Assembly (NCBI GenBank): GCA_965205485.1
Contig: OZ242180.1
Location: 3,552,001 to 3,616,000 of the forward strand
Source: Candidatus Latescibacterota bacterium
Lineage (GTDB): Bacteria > Latescibacterota > UBA2968 > GCA-2709665
DNA: 64,000 bases
Direction of reading: 5' to 3'
This document shows, one piece after another, positions 9,299 to 18,690 of this stretch; within the stretch, counting starts at the first letter, position 1, and each line of letters begins with the position of its first letter. The position numbers and the translations under genes were made by a program. The notes beneath the pieces are model-generated. The model saw nothing but the letters and a program-made list of their open reading frames with translations, was not told the origin of the DNA and made no database searches.

Positions 9299-10150
9299 TC
9301 AGAGTCCGTACCGCAGCGAAACCCGAAGCCCGTGGCTGGAGAGATTCGCGCTCGTCTCCGCCAGATCGAGTTCCAGGGGCTCGCGGCTTCCGTCGCGCCA
9401 GACGATTCGCCCCTTGGCGCGCCCGGTCTCCACGGCTCCGGCATCCTGGTACCGCCAACCCACGTCGACGTATACCCTTCCCCAAACCCGCGCCGCGGCG
9501 CCCGCGGTCAACATGAACGCAAATCCTGTCCGGCTGGCGCCTGGCACGATCGTGGTCGTCCTGGGGAACTCCATGCGGGTTTCGCCGATGGTATTCCGCG
9601 ACAGTCCGACGCCGCACCCGAGGAAAGGGCTGAACGGTCCCCTTCCGGGGAGGTCTGCATAAATGCTGGCAAGAGCGGAAAGGGAGGATATGTCGGCCGA
9701 GACGTCCTGACGTCCGGAGGTCTGCACAAAGTTGGCACGGCCGTTGAAGGAGAATGTGGGGCGGTATTGAACGGTGGCTTCGACGCGGATGCGCGTTGTC
9801 GCAACGTAGCCTGCGCCCACTTCGAAACCGGGCGCCCTGGCGAATTCGCCCGAGGCGCTCAGGTTGTCGCCGTCCGCGCCGGTCCCGCAACCATAGAGCG
9901 CCGCCGGAGTCTCGCTCGAACAATTCCTGTCCTGGAACCGCGACGCTGCCCGCAGGTCCAGGGCGGCGGCGCCCAGAACATAGAAATCCCCACGTGCAAA
10001 GGACGTCGCACGGACCCTCGCAGGCGTGGTTTCAGTATTCAGTCCGGACGTCTGTGCATATAGAACAGTCGGATCCGTGGCGGCCAGGACCATCACTGTT
10101 CCGAACAAGAATCCTCGGAAACCGAACTTGGAGTCACTTCTATTTGTCAT
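9299..10150 (-). CDS. Outer-membrane beta-barrel protein (opacity-like)
   Basis: N-terminal signal, FEVGAGY, RIRVE, SPFLGCGVG, VDVGWRY and C-terminal GLRVSLRY. Confidence 0.7.
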   Translation of the reverse strand: MTNRSDSKFGFRGFLFGTVMVLAATDPTVLYAQTSGLNTETTPARVRATSFARGDFYVLGAAALDLRAASRFQDRNCSSETPAALYGCGTGADGDNLSASGEFARAPGFEVGAGYVATTRIRVEATVQYRPTFSFNGRANFVQTSGRQDVSADISSLSALASIYADLPGRGPFSPFLGCGVGLSRNTIGETRMEFPRTTTIVPGASRTGFAFMLTAGAAARVWGRVYVDVGWRYQDAGAVETGRAKGRIVWRDGSREPLELDLAETSANLSSHGLRVSLRYGL

Positions 10151-10189
10151 TATTTAGTATCAGGTTGTGTGCAGGAATGTCCGCACGAG

Positions 10190-11251
10190 TCAGTGGTTTC
10201 GGCACATTAATCGGTCGAGCGCGTACCGCGCAACGGCCTCGTCCTTCTGCGAACACAGGATCAGCCCGACCGGCGGATTCTCGTCATCGTGCATCCAGTG
10301 TTCACGGGCGTAGTTGAGATAAAGGTGCATCTGACCCGCATCGGCGTGGGTGAATTTGCCTACCTTCAGGTCGATGACCACCAGACAGCGCAGACGCCTG
10401 TGGAAGAATAGCAGATCTACTCGAAACCACTCATCGCTGACCCGAAGCCGCCGCTGCCGGCCCATGAAGCAGAAATCCCCGCCTAACTCCAGGAGAAAAG
10501 CCTCCAGGTGGGCAATTAGCGCTTCTTCAAGGTCGCTTTCAGAGTACTCGTCCTTGAGATCGAGGAATTCGAGAACGAATGGGTCCTTTATCTCCTCTTC
10601 GGGAAGGACTCGATCTTCGGGTCGCGCTTTCTGTCCCCGTGTGAGCATGGCGGCCTTGTTCTTTGAAAGAGCAGTTCGCTCGTAGAACTGAGAATTGATC
10701 TGCCGGTTTAGTTGACGAACCGACCAACCCCCGCGCAAAGCCTCGGTTTCGTAGAATTCACGGGCATGTCTGTTCTTGATCGAAAGCAGCCTCACGTAGG
10801 CGGACCAGGGAAGTGGAAAAGCCTCAAGGAGTTGTCCCAGGCGAATTTCAGTGGAAATGGTATCGGATTTGCCAGACACTGTCTGGCAAATCGCTTGTTG
10901 AGGAAGTTTATCAGATTCGCCAGACAGTGTCTGTTGAATCTGGTCGGATGGATACGAGAGGTAAAATAAGCGCATTTGCCGGATATTCTGACGAGAAAAT
11001 CCGCGCCCAAACCGTTGTGTCAAATCCGCTGCCAGTCTTTCAACGAGCGCGGTCCCGTATTCAGCGCGCTTTTCTCCTGATTGTTCAAATTCAACTATAC
11101 GACGGCCGATCATCCATTTCGCGGCGGTCACAACTGCATTGACAGACCGAGCGGCCGAACGCCTGGCGGCGTCGACAATTCTTGACACATCGCCAAATAT
11201 GGCTTCGTACCGAATATCCATCTTTTCGTCTGTGAGCACCCGCTCGTTCAT
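10190..11251 (-). CDS. yhcG: YhcG/DUF1016 PD-(D/E)xK nuclease family protein, apparently C-terminally truncated
   Basis: WMIGRRIVE, LPWSAY, WSVRQLNRQI, IKDPFVLEFL, VDLLFFHR, IDLKVG, GQMHLYLNY and PVGLILC. It ends abruptly after ARYALD. Confidence 0.85.
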   Translation of the reverse strand: MNERVLTDEKMDIRYEAIFGDVSRIVDAARRSAARSVNAVVTAAKWMIGRRIVEFEQSGEKRAEYGTALVERLAADLTQRFGRGFSRQNIRQMRLFYLSYPSDQIQQTLSGESDKLPQQAICQTVSGKSDTISTEIRLGQLLEAFPLPWSAYVRLLSIKNRHAREFYETEALRGGWSVRQLNRQINSQFYERTALSKNKAAMLTRGQKARPEDRVLPEEEIKDPFVLEFLDLKDEYSESDLEEALIAHLEAFLLELGGDFCFMGRQRRLRVSDEWFRVDLLFFHRRLRCLVVIDLKVGKFTHADAGQMHLYLNYAREHWMHDDENPPVGLILCSQKDEAVARYALDRLMCRNH

Positions 11252-11306
11252 GAACTGCTCTTCTTCCCGTAATGGGTTTCGGCGAGAGGCTTGCATTCCG
11301 GACAAT

Positions 11307-11702
11307 TCATCTTATGCGTTCCTCAGCCCAGCGTATGACGTCTTCGGCGATGGCAATCGTCTCCGCGTACTCCTGCACACTAACAGGTTCCTCCAAACCT
11401 GGATAACGTGTATGCGTGGCAAAGCGGGTGAGTCTTGTGGCTCGTCGAACCCTATCTGGAATGCGATCCTCGCCGGCTTCAAGGATCGTCATCAATCGGG
11501 CTAAATCATGAATGTACGGAAAGTCGATTCCGCGCATAGTCATTACCGACTTAATCGCCTTCTCAGCTGCCTGCTGCGCTTCAAAGCACAGGTCTTCCAG
11601 ATAGGCATCAGGAATACGGTTCTTCGCCATCGCCAAACAACTCTTGGCACGGTTCAGCCATTCCCGAGGATCATCGGGCGGGTACCGCTCAGGAGAATTC
11701 AT
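11307..11702 (-). CDS. HEPN domain toxin
   Basis: EWLNRAKSCL, CFEAQQAAEKAIK, IHDL and TRYP. It overlaps the upstream MNT gene. Confidence 0.85.
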   Translation of the reverse strand: MNSPERYPPDDPREWLNRAKSCLAMAKNRIPDAYLEDLCFEAQQAAEKAIKSVMTMRGIDFPYIHDLARLMTILEAGEDRIPDRVRRATRLTRFATHTRYPGLEEPVSVQEYAETIAIAEDVIRWAEERIR

Positions 11703-12006
11703 ACACAACCCTCCCCTCACGCAGCGCTGGCTTGATGACCAGAGCATGGCTGTCCTTGTACCGCTCTACGTCGTCGGGGGTGACCACAACCACATCGACC
11801 GCCGCACCGGCGCCGTGCATATTCTCGTAGATCCTCCCCGCCAGGCTTCCCCGATGTGCTCCCTCCTTGATGATTAACAGATCGACGTCGCTGTGGCGGT
11901 TCATGTCACCCCGCGCTGCGGACCCGAAGAGGATGATCTTCTCCGGATCGGCTACCTCCACTATGCGCCGGATGATGTCGTCCAGGATCGGCTGGTTCAG
12001 CATCAT
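11689..12006 (-). CDS. Minimal nucleotidyltransferase (MNT) antitoxin
   Basis: IILFGSAARG...SDVDLLII motif in a protein of about 105 aa, coupled to HEPN. Confidence 0.88.
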   Translation of the reverse strand: MMLNQPILDDIIRRIVEVADPEKIILFGSAARGDMNRHSDVDLLIIKEGAHRGSLAGRIYENMHGAGAAVDVVVVTPDDVERYKDSHALVIKPALREGRVVYEFS

Positions 12007-12327
12007 TCTGCGTTTCCTTTCAGTTTCACTGCAACGGCACATCGCCTTCCCGTCGTCACCCGAATATATGACGATGGAATCCGGCGGTCAATCGGATTTG
12101 ACCGAATGGGGCGGTTCAGAGCATATGGAACGGCACGGCAAGGCTTGGATTTCGCCTTGGGATACACTATACTGGACAATACACTTTAGACATTGATACG
12201 AAAAATAGTAAAACTCTTGTTCGGCGATAGAATTAGCGCCGAATCTACGCAATCGGCGGAGTTCACCCGCCGTGATTCGACTGTCGCGGCGATTTGATCC
12301 GGATTATCGCCAACAGCATACGCGCCT

Positions 12328-12910
12328 ATGGATGTTTCCACGTTAGAAATCGCCATCATAGCGATCGTCGTAATGGGCGCGGTGATCCTGATTGTGTATC
12401 TGATGAAGCACCAGATGCGCCGGTGCCGATGGTGTATGCGTTCGACGTCGCCGGTCGAGCTCTTGCCGCAAGGGGAGGGGGAAGAGATACGCGGCTTGAT
12501 CCGGGACGAAGGAATGCCCGGGGGATCCGGAGAAGTACGAGGTGTGTCCGCATTGCAAGCGCATTTACGACTGGCGCTGGTTCAGCGACGATCGACCGCT
12601 CCGAAGGGACTGGGATATGTACGACCGGCAATGTGCCTGTGGCTGCGACCTGTCGCGTCCCGCATGGATCGTCGATACCGACGCCCTGAAATCCGCATTG
12701 CGAGGAATTCGCCCGGAAGTCCTGGAGTTTATGGAACGGACGTACGGGAGAGGAGGGCTGCACGAGCGACTGTACTCGTCGGTGTCCGACGAACATCTCC
12801 TGTTCGTGTGCAGAAATTGCTTTCGGATCTATATGTGGCTGCCCGTGAAGGGCTTTCAGGTATTCCAGGTTGTGTCGGGCGGTATGGACAAATACGATCG
12901 AACTAACTGA
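12328..12910 (+). CDS. Membrane-anchored Cys-rich (zinc-ribbon-like) unknown protein, +1 frameshift at the G5 run 12520-12524
   Basis: N-terminal TM helix and CRWC in the 12328 frame. CPHC, CAC and CRNC are in the 12542 frame. The joined product is colinear with 12992..13588. Confidence 0.65.
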
Positions 12911-12991
12911 TATCGTGGTGCGAATCCGGTTCACGGGTTTTGCGCGGAGTGCGTTGATTCGCGGCTCCATGCGCAGCGAGGGTAAACTGCA

Positions 12992-13588
12992 ATGGAATTC
13001 CTGGTTCTGATTTTCGCGGCGGTTGTAATCGTCGGACCCTTCGTGCTGATGGTGATTCTCCGGAGGAGCGCCCACCAGTGCGCCTGGTGCCATAAGCGAA
13101 CGGTGAAGCTCGGGAAACTACCGGACGCGGAGCGCGGGCAGATCTGCGAAATTATCCGGGAAGAGGGGATGGACCCCGCGTTGTCGTATGAATTGTGCGA
13201 GGCCTGCCGGCGAATCTATGACGAGTGGTGGTTTCAGTCGGACTGGGATATGTCCGACCGATGGTGCGCTTGCGGGTTCGAACTGTCATTTCCATGGGAC
13301 GTCGACCCACGGAAACTCAGGAAGGCGGTGGCGGACCTGCCGCCAGCGGTATTCGCACTGCTTTCAAAGCAATATACGCCCGACGACATTGCGCAACTTC
13401 GTCGCGGCTATGACGATCTTGATTACCGCTTCGAGAGGAGTCCGGAAGCGCATGCGCTAAAGGCCTGCGGCATCTGCCACAGGGTATATATGTGGATTGA
13501 GATCAAGAGCTATCAGGTTTTCCAGTGTGTGTCGTCGGGGCGTGAGAAGTACGAAAGTGTAGCAGACCGCCGCCAGATGGAGACCTGA
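12992..13588 (+). CDS. Membrane-anchored Cys-rich (zinc-ribbon-like) unknown protein, paralog of the upstream gene
   Basis: N-terminal TM helix, CAWC, CEAC, CAC and CGIC. It shares RIYD, DWDM.DR.CACG and YMW...QVFQ with its neighbour. Confidence 0.75.
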   Translation: MEFLVLIFAAVVIVGPFVLMVILRRSAHQCAWCHKRTVKLGKLPDAERGQICEIIREEGMDPALSYELCEACRRIYDEWWFQSDWDMSDRWCACGFELSFPWDVDPRKLRKAVADLPPAVFALLSKQYTPDDIAQLRRGYDDLDYRFERSPEAHALKACGICHRVYMWIEIKSYQVFQCVSSGREKYESVADRRQMET

Positions 13589-13717
13589 TAATACACGCAA
13601 TAGCGGCGCTTGAGCTCGCAGCTTTCACGATTCTTCGTTCATTGGGTCTTTATCCTGTTTATCCCGTCCATCCATGTAAGTCCATGTCCGTGAATCATCC
13701 CGGTTAGAGAGAATGCG

Positions 13718-16700
13718 ATGCGTTTTGTAGCGGACGTACACCTGCATTCCCGGTTTTCAAGGGCGACAAGCCGTCAGTTGAACCCTGAAAACCTATATAA
13801 ATGGTCCGCGCTCAAGGGCGTGAACGTGGTGGGGACGGGCGATTTCACCCATCCCGAGTGGATTGAGGAGTTGAAGGACCGCCTGGAGCCCGCCGAGGAG
13901 GGGCTGTTCCGGCTGAAGCCGGCGCGACAATCCGCCGTGGATGAGGATCTGCCCGAACGGTGTCGGGGCACGGTGCGCTTCGTTCTATCGACCGAGATCA
14001 GCTTGATCTACAAGAAGAACGAGAAGACGCGCAAGGTGCACCACGTCGTTCTGATGCCAGGATTCGAAGCGGTGGAGCGGTTGAACGCCCGCCTGGGGGA
14101 CATCGGAAACCTGAAGTCGGACGGGCGGCCCATTCTGGGACTGGACAGCAGGGACCTGGTCGAGATCTGCCTCGAAGCCGCCGATGACGTGCTCTTCATC
14201 CCTGCGCACATATGGACGCCTCATTTCGCCGTGCTGGGCGCCAGTTCCGGGTTCGATACGCTCGAGGAGTGTTTCGAAGATATGCTGCCCGCGATCTTCG
14301 CCGTCGAGACGGGGCTCTCGTCCGACCCGCCGATGAACTGGCGCCTGTCCATGCTGGACCGGTATGCGATCGTTTCCAATTCGGATGCGCATTCCGCACC
14401 GAAACTGGCGCGTGAGGCCACCTGTTTCGATACCGAACTGTCGTACAGAGGCATATACGAGGCGTTGAAATCGAGAGACCCCGAACAGTTTCTGGGAACG
14501 CTGGAATTCTATCCGGAAGAAGGCAAGTACCACCTCGACGGACATCGGAAATGCGGCGTCCGCTGGGAGCCGGGCCAGTCGCTTGCCGCGGACTGCCTTT
14601 GCCCTGAATGCGGAAAGCGGTTGACGGTCGGCGTTCTGCACCGCGTCGAGCAGTTGGCCGACAGGGAGGAAGGCGGCAGGCCTGCCGTGGCCCCGCCGTA
14701 TGAGAACCTGATTCCGCTGCCCGAGATCATCGGTTCGGTGATCGGGGTGGGGCCAACCAGCAAGCGGGTCCAGGCGGTATACGAGAGGATGCTGGCGGAA
14801 TTGGGGCCCGAACTGGCCATTCTGAGGGATCTGTCCCCAGAAGAGATCGCCGGATGCGGCGAGCCGCTCGTGGCGGAGGGCGTGAGGCGGATGCGGGTCG
14901 GCGAGGTGGAGATTGCGGCGGGTTACGACGGCGTGTACGGCAGGATTCAGGTGTTTTCCGAGGCGGACAGGGCCCGGTTGAGCCGGCAGCCCGCGCTGTT
15001 CGATCTGCCGGATTTGCCGGAAGCGGCGCCGCAGGTGCCATCTTTCGAGTCGCCGCCATCGCGCGAAGAAACATCGGGCGGGAACGGTGAATCGCCGGCG
15101 ATCGCGGAGTCTGCCGGTGAGGGTGGATTGAACGATGCTCAGAAGGCGGCAGTGGACCGGGTAAGCGGTCCTGTTATTGTGGTGGCCGGCCCGGGCACGG
15201 GCAAGACGCGGGTATTGACCCACCGACTGGCGCGGCTGATCGGGGAAGCGGGCGTGCCGCCGGAGTCGATTCTGGCGGTCACGTTTACCAATAAGGCGGC
15301 AGCGGAAATGCGTGAACGCGTTCACAATCTGTTGCCGCGCAAAGGAACGCTGGATGGGTTGACGCTGGGCACGTTTCACGCCGTGGCGCTGAATCTGATG
15401 AAGGACTGCACGTCCGGGGAGTTGCCTCAGGTCATCGACGAATTGGAAGCGACACAGCTGGCGGCCGAGGTCATTGCGGATGCTGACGCCGGCATGTCCG
15501 CGCGGGATGCGCGGTTGGCCATCTCATTAGCGAAGACCAATCCCGATGCGATCGTAACCGACGCATTGCAGGGCATAGGTGAAGCGTACCAGGACCGCCT
15601 GCGTAAACTGGGTGTGTGGGACTTCGACGACATTCTCGTGGAATTCCTGGCGATGCTGAGCAAGGGCGACGCGGTGTCCGAGCGGGTCCGGAACCGGTTT
15701 ACGCACGTACTCGTGGACGAGTTTCAGGACGTGAACGCGGTGCAGTACCAACTGGTGACCGCACTTTCCCGCGAGGGTACCGGCCTGTTCGTGATCGGCG
15801 ATCCGGACCAGGCCATTTACGGATTTCGCGGTGCGAGTGCGGCGTACTTTGACAAACTCCGCGAAGATCTGCCGTCTGCGCGAACGATCATGCTGGATCG
15901 ATCATATCGCTCCACGCGCCAGATCGCGGGTGCGGCCGTGTCCGTGATCGGGGATGGCCGTGAGTTGAACGCCGTCAGGGGAGAGGGCGTTACGGCTCGA
16001 CTGCTTTCCGTATCGGGCGAGACGGCGGAGGGTATCGCGGTGGTTCGGGAGATCAGCCGGATGATGGGCGGCGCGGATATGCTTCAGGCCGGCGAGGTCG
16101 GCGGGCGGCAGAGAGTGGGAGGGAAAGGCGACCGGAGCCTGTCGGACTTTGCCGTCTTGTTCAGGACCGGACGGCAGGCGGAGGCGATTGAGCATTGTTT
16201 TATCGAAGAGGGATTGCCGTACCGGGTAGTCGGCCAGAAGGGTTTTCTTTCAGCAGGGAACGTGCGGCACGCGATCTCCTTTTTCAACTACGCGTTCCGG
16301 CCGGCGGGATCTCTGCGCCTGCTGCGCGCGATGGCGGTTCCCGTCTTCCATCCCGGAAACACAGCGCTCAATCGGCTCCGGCGCGCGGGTGGCGACCTGT
16401 CGGCGGGCAACTTTCCGCAGCAGATTCGCGATAAAGTCTCGGCACTGGAGGATGCCGCCGGGGCATTCAGAAAAATGGAGGAAACGGAATCCGTAGAGTC
16501 GCTGGTGAGGACGTGGCAGGAAGTCGCCGGGATGGAAGAGGATGAGGATCTCGCACGCCTTGCCCGGATGGCGGTCAACTTCGATACCGTCCGTATGTTC
16601 CTCGATACGCTGGTTCTTGGGGCCGACGCCGACTATGTGCGCGATGGCGGCGTCGCGCGTCCGCGTGCGGAAGCGGTAACGCTGTCAACCCTGCATGCGT

Positions 16701-16987
16701 CGAAGGGGCTGGAATTCCCGGTCGTGTTCATCTGCGGCGTGGAAGAGGGCCTGATTCCGCACCCGAACGGTGACGAGCAGGAAGAGCGGCGGCTGTTTTT
16801 CGTGGGATTGACGCGGGCCATGGATGAAGCCGTCATGCTCTGTACGCGAAGCAGGACGCGTTTCGGCGAACGGTTGCGTCCGGAGCCGTCCAGGTTCCTG
16901 GAGGACATTCCTTCCGAATTCCTGGAACGGGAGCGCCTGTCCCCGGAACGGAGGGTCAGGCAGGCGGACCAGCTCTCCCTGTTCTGA
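13718..16987 (+). CDS. Endonuclease Q-like PHP nuclease fused to a UvrD/Rep helicase
   Basis: N-half has DVHLHSRFSRATS, GTGDFTHP, HIWTPH, ETGLSSD, NSDAHS and a Zn finger. C-half has AGPGTGKT, DEFQD, GDPDQAIYGFRGA, TLHASKGLEF and EERRLFFVGLTRA. Confidence 0.9.
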   Translation: MRFVADVHLHSRFSRATSRQLNPENLYKWSALKGVNVVGTGDFTHPEWIEELKDRLEPAEEGLFRLKPARQSAVDEDLPERCRGTVRFVLSTEISLIYKKNEKTRKVHHVVLMPGFEAVERLNARLGDIGNLKSDGRPILGLDSRDLVEICLEAADDVLFIPAHIWTPHFAVLGASSGFDTLEECFEDMLPAIFAVETGLSSDPPMNWRLSMLDRYAIVSNSDAHSAPKLAREATCFDTELSYRGIYEALKSRDPEQFLGTLEFYPEEGKYHLDGHRKCGVRWEPGQSLAADCLCPECGKRLTVGVLHRVEQLADREEGGRPAVAPPYENLIPLPEIIGSVIGVGPTSKRVQAVYERMLAELGPELAILRDLSPEEIAGCGEPLVAEGVRRMRVGEVEIAAGYDGVYGRIQVFSEADRARLSRQPALFDLPDLPEAAPQVPSFESPPSREETSGGNGESPAIAESAGEGGLNDAQKAAVDRVSGPVIVVAGPGTGKTRVLTHRLARLIGEAGVPPESILAVTFTNKAAAEMRERVHNLLPRKGTLDGLTLGTFHAVALNLMKDCTSGELPQVIDELEATQLAAEVIADADAGMSARDARLAISLAKTNPDAIVTDALQGIGEAYQDRLRKLGVWDFDDILVEFLAMLSKGDAVSERVRNRFTHVLVDEFQDVNAVQYQLVTALSREGTGLFVIGDPDQAIYGFRGASAAYFDKLREDLPSARTIMLDRSYRSTRQIAGAAVSVIGDGRELNAVRGEGVTARLLSVSGETAEGIAVVREISRMMGGADMLQAGEVGGRQRVGGKGDRSLSDFAVLFRTGRQAEAIEHCFIEEGLPYRVVGQKGFLSAGNVRHAISFFNYAFRPAGSLRLLRAMAVPVFHPGNTALNRLRRAGGDLSAGNFPQQIRDKVSALEDAAGAFRKMEETESVESLVRTWQEVAGMEEDEDLARLARMAVNFDTVRMFLDTLVLGADADYVRDGGVARPRAEAVTLSTLHASKGLEFPVVFICGVEEGLIPHPNGDEQEERRLFFVGLTRAMDEAVMLCTRSRTRFGERLRPEPSRFLEDIPSEFLERERLSPERRVRQADQLSLF

Positions 16988-16997
16988 TCGAGGTTAG

Positions 16998-17188
16998 CCT
17001 TAAATCCGCAAAAACAGCGCCGCGGCGACGCGATAAAACCTTCCTAAACGGGGCGTTATCGACGTATAGTAGGATGTTTTTTCCCTTCACGTCCAGTGGC
17101 CTGGTGTATCCTGGTAATCAGCCGTCTAATCGCCTTTATTTGCAAACACATATTCGAATTAACGTCCCCGAAGACTTACGAATCAAGG
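16998..17188. mobile_element. MITE family 2, copy A
   Basis: Ends CCTTAAATCC / GAATCAAGG with TTAG duplicated on both flanks. The right ~105 bp closely match 24464-24566. Confidence 0.7.
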
Positions 17189-17199
17189 TTAGTATCGGT

Positions 17200-18690
17200 T
17201 CAGTGGACGTTGGTCCCGACGTTCAATAACTGCCTGAACCTGGCGTATGCGTCTTCCCATGCGTCGCCATCGGCCGGTTCGTACGTTACAAGCTCCGTGG
17301 AATTGCGAACGACCTCTCGAATACCTGCGAGCGAGTCGATTTCGCCCCGCGCGTACACCTGCATGAGGATATTTCCAAGGGCGGTGGCCTCCGCCGGGCC
17401 GGCGACAACCGGCCTTCCGGTGGCATCGGCTGTGAACCGGTTCAACAGGGCGTTGCGTATGCCTCCGCCAACGACGTGGATGGTGTGCAACCTGCGGTCC
17501 AGGACAGACTCGAGATCCTCCAGTACGCACCGGCACTTGAGGGCGAGGCTCTCCAGGGCGCACCGGATGACGGCGCCTTCGGTGGCAGGTTCGTTCTGTC
17601 CCGTGCGTCTGCAGTACGTACGGATGCGGGACGGCATATCTCCGGGCTCCAGGAAATCCGAATGATCGGGATCGATGAACGAGGTCAGTGCGGGCGCCGC
17701 TTCGGCCAATCTGACGAGTTCGGCGAAGGAATAAGCGTGCCCCTGGTTTTCCCAGATGCGCCTGCATTCCTGGACGATCCAGAGCCCTGTAATGTTCTTG
17801 AGGAAACGGAAGGTGCCGCAAACCCCGCCCTCGTTTGTAAAATTGTGACGAAGGGCGGCCGGCGTCACCGCGGGGGCTTGCAGTTCCGCGCCGAGAAGCG
17901 CCCATGTGCCGGAGCTGATATAGGCCGCGTCCGCGTCGGAAAACGGTACGGCCGCCACGGCCGATCCGGTGTCATGACACGCCGGTGCGATGACGCCGGT
18001 TGACCGGATGCCGGCGTCCGCGGCAATCTCAGGTCGAAGCGGACCCAGAGGCGTTCCCGGCGGGACGATTTCGGGAAGCATGTCTGCGGGGATCCCGAGC
18101 CGGTCCAGCAGGTCGGTCGCCCACGCCCCAGTCCTCGGATTGTAGAACTGGGTTGTGGTGGCGTTGGAAAACTCGCACACCTTGCGCCCCGTCAGCCAGA
18201 AGTTGAACAGGTCCGGCATCATCAGAAATGTACTGGCCATGCGCAGGTGCTGCGGCTTCCTTTCCGCCACGGAAAGCAACTGATAGAGTGTGTTGATCTC
18301 CAGAAACTGCAGGCCGGTCTGCTCGAAAATCGCTTCTCTGGATACCCGGCTGAGTGCCTTTTCCAACATGCCCTGGACGCGCGGGTCACGGTAACAGTGA
18401 GGATTGCCCAGGAGTTCATCGACGTCGTCCAGGAGTGCGAAATCCACCCCCCAGGTATCGATTCCGATTCCCGCCGGTTCCGGACCGGAGATCCGGGCGC
18501 ATTTTCGAAGTCCCGCGAGCATCTCGTCGTAGAGCCTCAGCGCATCCCAGTACAGACCGCCCGCCACAGAAATGGGGCCGTTGGCGAAGCGGTGGATTTC
18601 TTCGAGTTCGACGGCGCTTCCGTCGAAGCGGCCGATAACGGCCCGGCCGCTGGACGCGCCGAGGTCGTAGGCGAGATAGGTCTGCGGCAT
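17200..18690 (-). CDS. rhaB: Rhamnulokinase (FGGY family)
   Basis: YLAYDLGASSGR, IGIDTWGVDF, HDTGSAV, ISSGTW, FTNEGG, LKNITGLW and EATALGN. Confidence 0.85.
   Translation of the reverse strand: MPQTYLAYDLGASSGRAVIGRFDGSAVELEEIHRFANGPISVAGGLYWDALRLYDEMLAGLRKCARISGPEPAGIGIDTWGVDFALLDDVDELLGNPHCYRDPRVQGMLEKALSRVSREAIFEQTGLQFLEINTLYQLLSVAERKPQHLRMASTFLMMPDLFNFWLTGRKVCEFSNATTTQFYNPRTGAWATDLLDRLGIPADMLPEIVPPGTPLGPLRPEIAADAGIRSTGVIAPACHDTGSAVAAVPFSDADAAYISSGTWALLGAELQAPAVTPAALRHNFTNEGGVCGTFRFLKNITGLWIVQECRRIWENQGHAYSFAELVRLAEAAPALTSFIDPDHSDFLEPGDMPSRIRTYCRRTGQNEPATEGAVIRCALESLALKCRCVLEDLESVLDRRLHTIHVVGGGIRNALLNRFTADATGRPVVAGPAEATALGNILMQVYARGEIDSLAGIREVVRNSTELVTYEPADGDAWEDAYARFRQLLNVGTNVH

Noticed and set aside
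8423..10063. 546-aa plus-strand ORF, and similar long ORFs at 13985-15379, 25920-27212, 38031-39725, 52317-53768 and 57921-58913
   Set aside because: These are antisense shadows of well-supported genes in GC-rich DNA and show no family motifs
12900..12965. Possible integron attC site between the tandem Cys-rich genes (ACTAAC...GTTGATT)
   Set aside because: The core does not fit GTTRRRY, complementarity is weak, and there is no integrase or second site
12992..13588. CxxCH motifs (CAWCH, CGICH) suggesting a dihaem cytochrome c
   Set aside because: The His is not conserved in the paralogue (CRWCM, CRNCF), so a Zn/Fe ribbon is more likely
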